Source: a virus | IMG/VR virus record: IMGVR_UViG_3300045999_009338 | Span: 11,374-75,373 of that record | Direction: 5' to 3' (one strand) | Length of the DNA stretch: 64,000 nucleotides | Part shown: piece after piece, positions 1 through 9,800 of the stretch | How the letters are laid out: each line of letters begins with the position of its first letter | Position numbering within the stretch: the first letter of the stretch is position 1 | Program-made: the position numbers and the translations under genes | Notes under the pieces: generated by a model | The model's database searches: none | Told to the model about the DNA's origin: nothing | Seen by the model: the letters and a program-made list of their open reading frames with translations, nothing else

Positions 1-268
1 CTCCATCCCCGTGCAGCTTGGCGGACGTTCTGCCCGCGACCTCATGGGTAATGGCGCTCCCGGCATGCCTCAGGCGCCTTCTCTGAGCATGAAGTTTGAA
101 ACGACTAAGATTAATGGCGTAGAATACGTTAGCAGGGAACAATTAGAGCAGGCAATGGCAGAAACTCGTCGCGCTTCCATTGCCGGGGGTGCTCAACGAG
201 GCATGTCAATGACGCTCGATAAGATCAAGCAAAGCCCTTCCACTCGCTCTAGTATTGGTATCCGCTAA
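1..268 (+). CDS. C-terminal end of tape measure protein (partial)
   Basis: Open frame running in from the window edge, directly upstream of the distal-tail/tip genes; position typical of the TMP end. Confidence 0.6.
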   Translation, partial: SIPVQLGGRSARDLMGNGAPGMPQAPSLSMKFETTKINGVEYVSREQLEQAMAETRRASIAGGAQRGMSMTLDKIKQSPSTRSSIGIR

Positions 269-663
269 TGGCAATATTTCCTTCCATTAGACCAACTGGA
301 CGATCGTATTCTCCAGGGCAATTTCCAACGAAAGTTTATCGTGGACTTTCGGGAGCCACTGTTAAAAGAGTGTTTGGCAATCGGTCATTTGGCCATGCCA
401 TTGATCTTCAGTTTGAAAATATTTCCGACGCCAATACAAAGGCCATCCTCGATCATTACTATGGCCAATTTGGCAGCTACGTCCGTTTCGCTCTTCCTGA
501 TGACGTGTTTTCTGGCATGAGCACAACGCTAAAAGGCGTTGTGCAAACTCCCACAAATATTCTCTGGGAATATGCTGAACCTCCCCAAGTGGAAAGCGTG
601 TTCAATGGACGAAGCACTGTTACAGTGAGGCTGATTGGCGAGCTTGACTATTCTGGCGCTTGA
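268..663 (+). CDS. Distal tail / minor tail protein (lambda gpM-like position)
   Basis: 131 aa, first gene after the TMP in an M-L-K-J type order. Confidence 0.55.
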   Translation: MAIFPSIRPTGRSYSPGQFPTKVYRGLSGATVKRVFGNRSFGHAIDLQFENISDANTKAILDHYYGQFGSYVRFALPDDVFSGMSTTLKGVVQTPTNILWEYAEPPQVESVFNGRSTVTVRLIGELDYSGA

Positions 664-1175
664 TAATGGAAACCTCAGTTCACATTGCCCATTTTCTTTT
701 CATCGAAACTGCTAACGGACAGTCGCACTACTATCAAAACTATTTCTTCAATACTGGCGCTTCTACAGTGGCCATTCCAGGCACCGCGTCGCCAACGTAT
801 AGGCATGCTCCATTTCGCGTGGAAGGAGCGTTGTCTTCCTTGAATGGAGAAAATAGCTTGCTGCGCGTACTGTTTCCGCATAGCGCTTTTACCATTGCAC
901 TCGTTGAAAACGGAGAAGGCAATCGCCTTAGCAAGCTTTCCTTGAAAACCGTGTGGATGGCAACAACTGGTTTCATCGTTGACTACAGCAGCTATACCAA
1001 GACCGCCGAATACGAGGAGTTTTATGTGGGCGTTGGCGCTTCATTTGACGATACCACTGTGGAACTGCGTTTCAGGAGCGCAATGGATAGCGTTGGTGCA
1101 TCATTCCCAAGGCAAACGTTCTCGTCTAAGAATGTTGGCTTCTTGCCATTGAACGCAGAAATTAGCCTGCGATGA
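660..1175 (+). CDS. Minor tail protein (lambda gpL-like position)
   Basis: Synteny between distal tail and NlpC/P60 genes; overlapping start/stop codons. Confidence 0.5.
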   Translation: MIMETSVHIAHFLFIETANGQSHYYQNYFFNTGASTVAIPGTASPTYRHAPFRVEGALSSLNGENSLLRVLFPHSAFTIALVENGEGNRLSKLSLKTVWMATTGFIVDYSSYTKTAEYEEFYVGVGASFDDTTVELRFRSAMDSVGASFPRQTFSSKNVGFLPLNAEISLR

Positions 1176-1564
1176 TCAACGATTTAATTGGCCTTGAGTA
1201 CGAACGAAGGGCTCGTTTTTCTGAAGGCGAAGGAAAAACCGATTGCTTTATGCTTGTTTGCGAAGCAAGGCGCCGCCTTGGTCTTCATGATTATGAAGAG
1301 GATTTTCGATGGGCATATGACCAATATGATTCTGGCAATTTACCAATGAAGAGAATTGTCCGATGGCTATTTGACAATGGCAAAAGGACAAGGGAAAGAG
1401 AAGATGGCAATGTGGCGATTATTCTGCCAAAGCCGGGAGGCGAGATAGCAGTTGGCGTGGCTTATGATGGGGGAATACTTACAGTTTCCCGAGGAGGGCG
1501 ATCATTCTGGTCGTCATCTTTTCCATCGCTGAAGCTGTTCAAAATGCTGCCTGATATCAAATAA
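1172..1564 (+). CDS. NlpC/P60-like tail assembly protein (gpK-like)
   Basis: N-terminal LIGLEY...GKTDCFMLV motif typical of phage NlpC/P60 proteins. Confidence 0.65.
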   Translation: MINDLIGLEYERRARFSEGEGKTDCFMLVCEARRRLGLHDYEEDFRWAYDQYDSGNLPMKRIVRWLFDNGKRTREREDGNVAIILPKPGGEIAVGVAYDGGILTVSRGGRSFWSSSFPSLKLFKMLPDIK

Positions 1565-4500
1565 TGAGACGCCTCCTCCCTTACGAACGCGCTCTAATTG
1601 ATGCTCTTCAGATTTCCGAAGAAGAATACTGGCAGTTTTATCTGGCACGATTGAATTATCGTGACAACAAGGAAGGAACTATTCTTGACGTAAGAAACGG
1701 CATCGAGACAGTTGCTCTTGTTCTTAGTATTGTTGGCACGCTTGCTCAAGTTGGCGCGGCACTTCTCGCTCCCAGGCCAGAAGCTCCTAGTCAAAAAATG
1801 GGACGCCAGTCCCGAAATCTTTTCTTCGCTCCTCGTTATGGCTTTAATTCTTTTCAAGAAGTGGCACGTTATGGAGACCCAGTTAATCTCGTCTATACAA
1901 ACAATTCCGAAAATCCTGCTGGTGGCGTAAGAGTTAATACTTCGCTGGTATGGTCTGCCGTGCATAGTCTTGGAACTAATCAGTTCATGCAAATGCTTGC
2001 AGTGGTTGGCGCTGGTCCCATTGAAGAATTTGGTTATGGTCGCACGGCTTTTGGTCAAACGCCATTAAGGGACATTCCGGCTCAACGCTTCTGGCTTTAT
2101 GCGCAGCCAGAAGGAGGACAACTCGCTTTTATTCACAATCGCTATCCAGAACCACTTAATGACGATGATCCATCAAGAGAAGGAATCACGCCAACTGATG
2201 CAGTGTATAAAGCCAACACGTCTGGACTGCAAAGACCAGAGGGCTTTAGTCAAGCTTTTTCTCCTACGACAGGCGCCTCATTGGGGGCCTATGACGTGGT
2301 GCCCATTAATGTACAAGTGGAAGACAGAGATGACGAAGGAGACGAAGATCGGGATCGTCTTGGGATTACCATTCCAGACAGGGGAAGTTATTGGCCGGCA
2401 AGCTGGCCTGTTGTAGGAGTGCGTCCCGCGTTGCCAATTGGGGAAAGATTGACGATTATTTTTAATGAAGAGGATGGCAAGCGCGTTGATGAGGACGTGG
2501 AAAGGGCCGCTGTTGATTTACGCAGTTCTTATATTTCCGTTTTTGATTCTTCTAGCGTGTATAAACTTGGCGCAGCTAAGTTACAAATGATCTCTAGTGA
2601 TATTAGAGACGATATTGACATTGAGGGACGGTTCACATTCAAATGCATTGAAGCCGGTGTGCTATGCGAAGAAGACTATGGTACGCTTAATTATCAAGAA
2701 AATGGAGAAGAACTGAGAGCTAAGAAACGAGAGTTAGAAGCTCTTATTGCTCAATTGAATTCAGAATATGGCGTAGCATTCGGCGACAAGGTGAAGGGAG
2801 TTGACGCTGCTGCAATTGATCAATACTCCACGCAACTAGAGCAGTTAGACGAAAACATCTTAAGGGCATCAGCTATTAGAAAAGGCGATATTTCCTCAAA
2901 AGACTTTAGAGATCTTTTGGATGAAACTGGAGCATTTGCAGATGCAAATAGGCAAATTAATGAATACGAAGAAGACATCAAAGAAAGGAACAAAATTATT
3001 AACGCAATGCGTGACCAAATTAGCGATATTGACGACGCAATTGCCGACATACAATCAGAGCGGCCTTTTGGTGACGACCAAAGAGACAGAATTAAGAAGA
3101 GAAGAGCGAACAAGCAAGACAAGAAAGAAGAAATTGCTAGGCAAACGGAAGCCAAAAAAATATCTCGTAAAAATATGAATGACATTGTTCGCAGGCTTAT
3201 GCCGCAAGCGATATTGGAGGGCTTATTTAACGATGCACCAAACACTAGTTTGCGCGACGAGCTACGTGCTATGCGCAGAGAGCGGCGTCAAATTAGACGC
3301 GCCATTGATGAACTCATTCGCAATCAGAGAGACATTCCTGCGGAAACGGCTGCGCAGCAGGATTGGCAGCGTCGATATAACGAGGCTACTAGAGAATTGC
3401 GCGAAACTGAGGCTGAATTGAAAAATACAGACAACTGGAACGACTATTTCAACACTAAATGTATTGCCAAGATTGACGAAATTAGCTACGAAGCTACTAC
3501 TAAATGTGACATTATTAATTTTTGCTTTAAGAGCAAAATCTTCCAGCGCATTCAAGGGCGGCAAAGCGTATATGCCGAAACTGATATGCAGGGGCACAAA
3601 GACAGTGATAATGGCGTGCGCAATCGCACGTCCATGTTTTGGATGCTCTACAAAAAGCCAACTGACACGCGATATACAAGAGCAAAGTTTGTATTAGCCA
3701 TTCGTAATGGCAAGGAAGTGGACATCTACACGCACCTTCGTTTCATTGCTGCATCGAAAGAAAAATGGCAATTTAAATTCGAGCCCATTGTTGATTTACC
3801 AGCAGAGCTGCGCACTCACAACGATGCGCAAAATATCGACATTCTTTACCTTCGCACTTTTGGTTACGGATTGAATGACAAACAAAAAGGCGTAGACCTT
3901 GATGGTGGACATAGACTTATTTTCCGTGGCATGATTCGTCAGACTATTCGTTTGCGGCCTCGCCTAAATCGCACGCCAAAGTTTATTGATGAGTGGGGGC
4001 TTTTCTCGCTGCGTTCTGACACGCAAATTTCTTTCTCGTTTGATAGCGGCCCTGAGAATTCCTTGGTGGCAGTTACTGAGCAGCAGCTTGAAAGCTTCTC
4101 CCCAAACCTTTACCAGGATCTCGTTTTGCTTGGTCTGAATATCTACAGTGGACAAGGCGTGCAAGATTTGCGCTCTCTTAGCGCATGGGTGACAAAAGGC
4201 AAAAAGGTTCGGAAGCTCTCGGATGGCGGTAGCTATTCATCTAGTCTTGTTTCGTCAACAAGCTATGCTCCTGAAATTTTTCTCGATACCATTCTTGATG
4301 AAAAAAATGGCATTGGCGCCTATGCCAATGTCAATGGTATAGACACCGTTCGTCTTGGGCTGGCTCAGAAATTCTGCAGAGCCAATGGCTACTACATGGA
4401 CGGCGTAATTGCTGAGCCACAATCATGGCGAGAATTCTGGAGCACTGTTGCACCATTTTCTCTTCTTGAATTTGCGCGAATTGGTGGAAAAGAAACGCTA

Positions 4501-5280
4501 GTTCCAGCCGTGCCTTATGACGCTTTTGGTAATGTCACCAGAAACATTTCTATTTCCGCATTGTTCAATCAAGGAAACATTCTTGAAGATAGCTACAAAG
4601 AAGAGTTCCTTGACTATGGCGACAATACGCAAGATTTGATTGCCACCATCGTCTATCGCAACACGGAAAATGACAATGTGTTTCCAGGCAATACAAGCTT
4701 GACCATAATGCTGGCCGATGCCTCAGAAAGCAATAGCGTTCGTCAGACGTTTAACTTGTCGGATTTTGTCACAAGAAGAGTGCAGGCGTTGCATTATGGA
4801 ATGCTGCTTTGCCAGCAGCGTAGGCTTTCAAGGCGGGCCGTGGAATTCAAAACATTCCCCACCGAAAGTCCTATTGAACCCGGCAGCTATATCTATGTTC
4901 AAACTGATCAGAACCAGTGGGACGATTTCTGCAGCGGCATTGTCGAGGCAGATGGCAGACTGAACACTCCGTTAGCAGAAGATCCAATTAATGGCTCTTA
5001 CACGGCGCTTTTATATAGCGGCAGTCCTAACGAAGGAATTGCCAAGCTTTCAGTGTCAGTGACAGATAGTCAATCAGCATCATTCGCTCCTTATGAAGGA
5101 TGGCTGTTTGTCCTGGGCAACGCAGTGACGACAAAGCGTGTTTTCCGCGTAACAGAAGTGACAATGGAAGAAGAAGGTGAAATTACCGTGAGAGCTATTG
5201 AGCATCCATGCGAAGAAGTAGGAGGGCAAACAAAATCAAAGATTGTACGTTTTGACCCATCGCTTTATCGCATTGATTAA
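1564..5280 (+). CDS. Tail tip / host-specificity protein (gpJ-like) with a long charged coiled-coil insert
   Basis: 1238 aa; position after the K-like gene; C-terminal FRVTEVTMEEEGEITVRAIEH motif typical of tip proteins. Confidence 0.75.
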   Translation: MRRLLPYERALIDALQISEEEYWQFYLARLNYRDNKEGTILDVRNGIETVALVLSIVGTLAQVGAALLAPRPEAPSQKMGRQSRNLFFAPRYGFNSFQEVARYGDPVNLVYTNNSENPAGGVRVNTSLVWSAVHSLGTNQFMQMLAVVGAGPIEEFGYGRTAFGQTPLRDIPAQRFWLYAQPEGGQLAFIHNRYPEPLNDDDPSREGITPTDAVYKANTSGLQRPEGFSQAFSPTTGASLGAYDVVPINVQVEDRDDEGDEDRDRLGITIPDRGSYWPASWPVVGVRPALPIGERLTIIFNEEDGKRVDEDVERAAVDLRSSYISVFDSSSVYKLGAAKLQMISSDIRDDIDIEGRFTFKCIEAGVLCEEDYGTLNYQENGEELRAKKRELEALIAQLNSEYGVAFGDKVKGVDAAAIDQYSTQLEQLDENILRASAIRKGDISSKDFRDLLDETGAFADANRQINEYEEDIKERNKIINAMRDQISDIDDAIADIQSERPFGDDQRDRIKKRRANKQDKKEEIARQTEAKKISRKNMNDIVRRLMPQAILEGLFNDAPNTSLRDELRAMRRERRQIRRAIDELIRNQRDIPAETAAQQDWQRRYNEATRELRETEAELKNTDNWNDYFNTKCIAKIDEISYEATTKCDIINFCFKSKIFQRIQGRQSVYAETDMQGHKDSDNGVRNRTSMFWMLYKKPTDTRYTRAKFVLAIRNGKEVDIYTHLRFIAASKEKWQFKFEPIVDLPAELRTHNDAQNIDILYLRTFGYGLNDKQKGVDLDGGHRLIFRGMIRQTIRLRPRLNRTPKFIDEWGLFSLRSDTQISFSFDSGPENSLVAVTEQQLESFSPNLYQDLVLLGLNIYSGQGVQDLRSLSAWVTKGKKVRKLSDGGSYSSSLVSSTSYAPEIFLDTILDEKNGIGAYANVNGIDTVRLGLAQKFCRANGYYMDGVIAEPQSWREFWSTVAPFSLLEFARIGGKETLVPAVPYDAFGNVTRNISISALFNQGNILEDSYKEEFLDYGDNTQDLIATIVYRNTENDNVFPGNTSLTIMLADASESNSVRQTFNLSDFVTRRVQALHYGMLLCQQRRLSRRAVEFKTFPTESPIEPGSYIYVQTDQNQWDDFCSGIVEADGRLNTPLAEDPINGSYTALLYSGSPNEGIAKLSVSVTDSQSASFAPYEGWLFVLGNAVTTKRVFRVTEVTMEEEGEITVRAIEHPCEEVGGQTKSKIVRFDPSLYRID

Positions 5281-5323
5281 GCATTCTCAAAAGTGCTAAG
5301 ATTAAAACAAAAGCTTTAAGACA

Positions 5324-5743
5324 ATGCCTTTCTATACTGGTCGCACTGGCAAGCTGCGTCTTGGTGGCAGCGAAGTGTCGAAAGTTCGTAATTGGACGCT
5401 TGACACATCCGTCAACATGCTGGACACTACAGCATTAGGAGACACTGCCAATACTTTCACTCCTGGTCTGTTTAGTGCCACTGGTAGCGCCACGTTGTCC
5501 TATTACAACGGCGATACCACTGATGTGACTAATCTTCTTGAGAGGATCACAAAAACCGGTGCAGTCACCGAAAGCGACCGCGTAAATCTCACTTTTGAAG
5601 TGGGGACAAGTCAGACGTTCAATGCTGATGCCTATATCAATAGTGCCAGCATCACTTCTTCCACTGATGAACTGACCACTGTTTCGTTTAACTTTACGAT
5701 TGACGGTCCTTTGGATTCCGTGGTTCTCACCGGTACCACTTGA
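5324..5743 (+). CDS. Tail tube-like protein
   Basis: YTGRTGKL...VRNWTLDTSVNMLDTTALGD...SFNFTIDGPL pattern of siphovirus tail tube proteins. Confidence 0.65.
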   Translation: MPFYTGRTGKLRLGGSEVSKVRNWTLDTSVNMLDTTALGDTANTFTPGLFSATGSATLSYYNGDTTDVTNLLERITKTGAVTESDRVNLTFEVGTSQTFNADAYINSASITSSTDELTTVSFNFTIDGPLDSVVLTGTT

Positions 5744-5804
5744 TAGAAAGTTTAATTTATCATTTGCATTGTTCGTACAATGGAAGAATAAGCGCTGAAG
5801 CGAA

Positions 5805-6815
5805 ATGACGTTCTTTGTTGGCCACACAGGCGCTATTAAGCTTCAGCGTGGAGGCGAAAATACTTTTACGGCTAGCGTTTCTGCAAGCGATATCAATACA
5901 GTGCTGAATCGCTTTAGTTTTGATGGGAGTGAAGATAATTTAATCACTGGTGATTTTATTGAAATTTCTACAGAAGATCCCAGGGGGCTGCTTTTCGTAC
6001 CTACTACGTTCTGGAGTATTCCAGGAGCGGATGTAGATGGCTACAGCGAAGTGGTATGGTCGTCAGGGAGTACAGCGGCATTATCTGGCTGGCTTGACGA
6101 TGAAATTAGTACCAGCAGCGCGATACCTCCTGATGGCTACACAGAATTCAGGCTTGGTGATTATGTTTTCGCGGATAATGCTAGAGCCTATATCAATGTT
6201 AATGCTGCTGGCGGCATTCGATTATTTCCCACTTTTTCTGACGCAATTAATAACGAAAGAGCAAATGAATATGAACTAGCTGAATTCCATGGAGAGCCGA
6301 TTGTCATAACAGTTGGAATTAGGGATACAAAGTTTAATACACTTGGTTCTGTCACGTCATTCGAGATCAATACAGACAGGGCCGCGATGGAAACCACGAG
6401 TCTATCGGACAGATTCAAGCAGCAGCATTCTGCCGGACTATTGAGTGGAAACGGCAGTATTGAATGCTTGTTTAGCTATGAATCAATCAACAATGAGGAA
6501 GTACCATTATTTCTGCTTCAAGTGATTAACAGGTTGGATGTGGGCAGTGAATTCGCCACGCTTCTTTCTTTATCATCCACAGAGCAATCGCCAGGATTTA
6601 GACAGGAGGTTTATTACGATATTCAGGCAGTGGTCACGCGAGCTGGTGTTACTGTTACATCTGATGCTCTTGTGGCATGTTCAATTGATTTTGTTACCAC
6701 TGGTGAATTCAAACTGCGAGTTGGCGTGCCTCCCGAGTATATCCTGAAAGAGGATAACGACGCTATTTATCTTGAGCAGGGCCTTGATTACCTGCTGAAA
6801 GAAGTGACAGACTGA
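5805..6815 (+). CDS. Tail-tube-paralogous structural protein with an internal insertion
   Basis: N-terminus (FVGHTGAIKL) and C-terminal half (VTSFEINTDRAAMETTSLSD...SGNGSIE) align by eye with the preceding gene. Confidence 0.55.
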   Translation: MTFFVGHTGAIKLQRGGENTFTASVSASDINTVLNRFSFDGSEDNLITGDFIEISTEDPRGLLFVPTTFWSIPGADVDGYSEVVWSSGSTAALSGWLDDEISTSSAIPPDGYTEFRLGDYVFADNARAYINVNAAGGIRLFPTFSDAINNERANEYELAEFHGEPIVITVGIRDTKFNTLGSVTSFEINTDRAAMETTSLSDRFKQQHSAGLLSGNGSIECLFSYESINNEEVPLFLLQVINRLDVGSEFATLLSLSSTEQSPGFRQEVYYDIQAVVTRAGVTVTSDALVACSIDFVTTGEFKLRVGVPPEYILKEDNDAIYLEQGLDYLLKEVTD

Positions 6816-6891
6816 TAAAGCAAAGAAAGGGCAGCGATAATAGCTATTATCGAGAGAGACTAGACTGTATTTAGCCCTGCCTTTTTGAGAG

Positions 6892-9800
6892 ATGGCCGAT
6901 CAAAGAATTACGGAACTCGTCGAACTTCCTCAGGGAGGCGTAGCTTTCAATGACGTTCTGCCTATTGCAGACGTTAGTGCCAGTCAAACCAAAAAGGTGC
7001 AAGTCAAGAGCCTGATTCAAGCAGGCTTTAATCTTGCGGATGCTTCGACTCTTGATATTTCAAAGATTAACCAAGCCAGCGCTGCAAAGCTTACTGGTAC
7101 ATCTATCGCTGCGAATACTCTCACTTACGACAAGATTCAGCAGGTAAGCGCCAATAAGCTTCTTGGGCGAAGCGCGTCTACTGGTAATGTAGAAGAAATT
7201 GATTGCACTGTTTATATTCGCACGCTTCTTGATGATGCCAATGCTGCCGCTGCTCGTTCCACATTGGAACTGGGCGTAGTTGCCACGGGCAACACTATCA
7301 ACACCAGTCTTCTTGAAGATTTAAGTGTTACCACTGGCAAGATCAATAACCTGGCCGTTACGGCGGCGAAGCTGGCTAGCGATGCAGTGGAGACTGCGAA
7401 AATTCTTGATGGCGCTGTCACTTCTGCGAAAATTCAAACAAGTGGAATCACAGGCGGCAATGTAAGCGCTGGCGCTATTGACACGGTTCATCTGGCTACT
7501 AGCGGCGTCACGCTTATCAAAATGGCTGCCAATTCAGTTGGCACCATTCAATTAGTCGACAGCGGAATCACTCAGGCAAAGCTTGCTGCTGATGCAGTGG
7601 CAACTATTAATCTTGTTGCCAGTGGTATTACGCAGCCCAAGCTTGCCGCAAATGCCGTAGCAACGATTAATCTCGTTGATAGTGGTGTTACTTTCGCAAA
7701 ACTTTCCTCGGATAGTGTCAATACGATTAATTTAGTTGCAAGCGGCGTTACGCAAGCAAAGCTTGCTGCTGACGCAGTGGCAACCATCAATCTTGTTGAT
7801 AGTGGCGTCACGCAGCCAAAGCTTGCAAGTGGTTCAGTTGCCACTATTAACGTTATTGATTCCGCCATCACTCTCGCAAAGATGGCAAGCGGCAGTGTCA
7901 ACACTGCTCAGCTTGTAGACAGTGGCGTAACACAAGCGAAGCTGGCTTCTAATGCTGTCAATACAATCAATTTGGTAGATAGCGGCATTACGCAGCCCAA
8001 ACTTGCCGCCAATGCGATTGCCACTGTAAACATTGTCGATAGCGGAGTTACCACTGCAAAGCTTGCATCTGGCGCTGTCACCATTTCAAAGCTTGGTCTT
8101 TCTTCTGGAGAGCTTTCTGGCTCTGTAATCACTGCAAGCTCAATTCCTTCTGGAAGCTATGCAAGTGGTTCCATCCCCACTGCAGCCGTTGAAGATAATG
8201 CAATTGTTTTTGCCAAGATTCAACAAGTGGCAAGCGGCGTGCTGCTTGGTCGTGCTTCTGCTGGTAGCGGCAATGTAGAAAGCATTACGCTCACAGCAGC
8301 AGGCAGGGCATTGCTGGACGATGCAGACGCTGCTGCGCAACGCACCACGCTTGGCCTGGAGACCATGGCTGTGCAGCCCGCATCTGGCGTGGCAATCACT
8401 GGCGGCACGGCGGTACTTAGTAGTGGCACCATTACTTACGCCACGATCAATGGCGGCGTGATTAGTGGCATCACTGATCTCGCCGTTACAGACGGTGGCA
8501 CGGGAGCTTCCACTGCATCTGGAGCACGCACCAATCTTGGCTTGGTAATTGGCACTGACGTGCAGGCTTATGACCCTGCTCTTGCTTCCATCGCAGGACT
8601 GACCACTGCATCTGGCCAGTTCATTTATACCACTGCTTCTGACACTTACGCTACTGCCACAATCACTGCCGCTGGTCGCGCCATTCTTGATGATGCAGAT
8701 GCGAGTGCGCAGCGTACCACGCTTGGACTTGGCTCGCTTGCCGTAAAAAATACAGTAGGAAGTGGCGATTACGATTCTTCTTCTATTGTCACTGCCAATA
8801 TTGCCGATGGCGCAATTACTACGGCAAAGCTTGCTGACAGTGGCGTTACCACTGTCAAAATTGTCGATGCAAGCGTCACGGCAGATAAGATTGCGAACAA
8901 CGCTGTAACCACTGCAAAAATTATTGATAGCGGAGTTACTACTAGCAAGATTGCGAACGGAGCTGTTTCTTACGCAAAAATTCAAGCCACTTCTGCAAGC
9001 GATGTGTTGCTTGGTCGGTCTTCGGCCAGCGGTGGCACTGTAGAAGAAATTGCTTGCACTTCTGCTGCGCGCTCCATTCTTGATGATGCCAGCATTGCGG
9101 ACATTCGCGCAACGCTTGGTCTTGGCACTTTGGCTGTGCAGAATGGCAGTTTTTCTGGCACGTCCACTGGCACAAATACTGGCGATCAGACCATCACGCT
9201 TTCTGGCGATGTCACTGGCACTGGTACTAGCGGCTTCGCCGTAGCTATTAATAATTCTGCTGTCACCACTGCAAAGATTAACGATTCTGCTGTTACCACT
9301 GCAAAAATCGTAGACAGTGGCGTTACATCCGCAAAACTTGCCGATAATTCCGCTGCCATTGTTGCTGGATCGACGCCCACAGGAGATGGCGATTTTATTG
9401 GCCAACAATGGCTGAATACAAATACTGGCGTTGAATACACTTGGACTGGAAGCACTTGGCGCCGGCAAAGTGGACTCGCCACCACTGTTATTTCAGGCGA
9501 TACTGTTTACGCTTACGCCACATCTTACCCCGATGAATTTAGTGCTTCCATTGTCCCTTCGTTAAACACGCAAGTTGCTACGCGCTTCTTTGCTGGTCCA
9601 GCAAGCGGCAATGCTGACGCTGCTCCTACATTCCGCGCCATCACTGCTAGCGATCTTCCCAAGGCGACCACCGCTGCTTTAGGCGTTGCTCAAGCTGGTA
9701 CGGGCCTTGTCACTGTTAGCGGCATCTTTAATCACGCCAATAGCGTTGCATCTGGCACTTATTACAAAGTGACAGTAGATGCGCAAGGACACGTAAGCGC

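Noticed and set aside
8140-9468. 442-aa minus-strand ORF
   Set aside because: Antisense shadow of the tail fibre gene; no protein-like motifs
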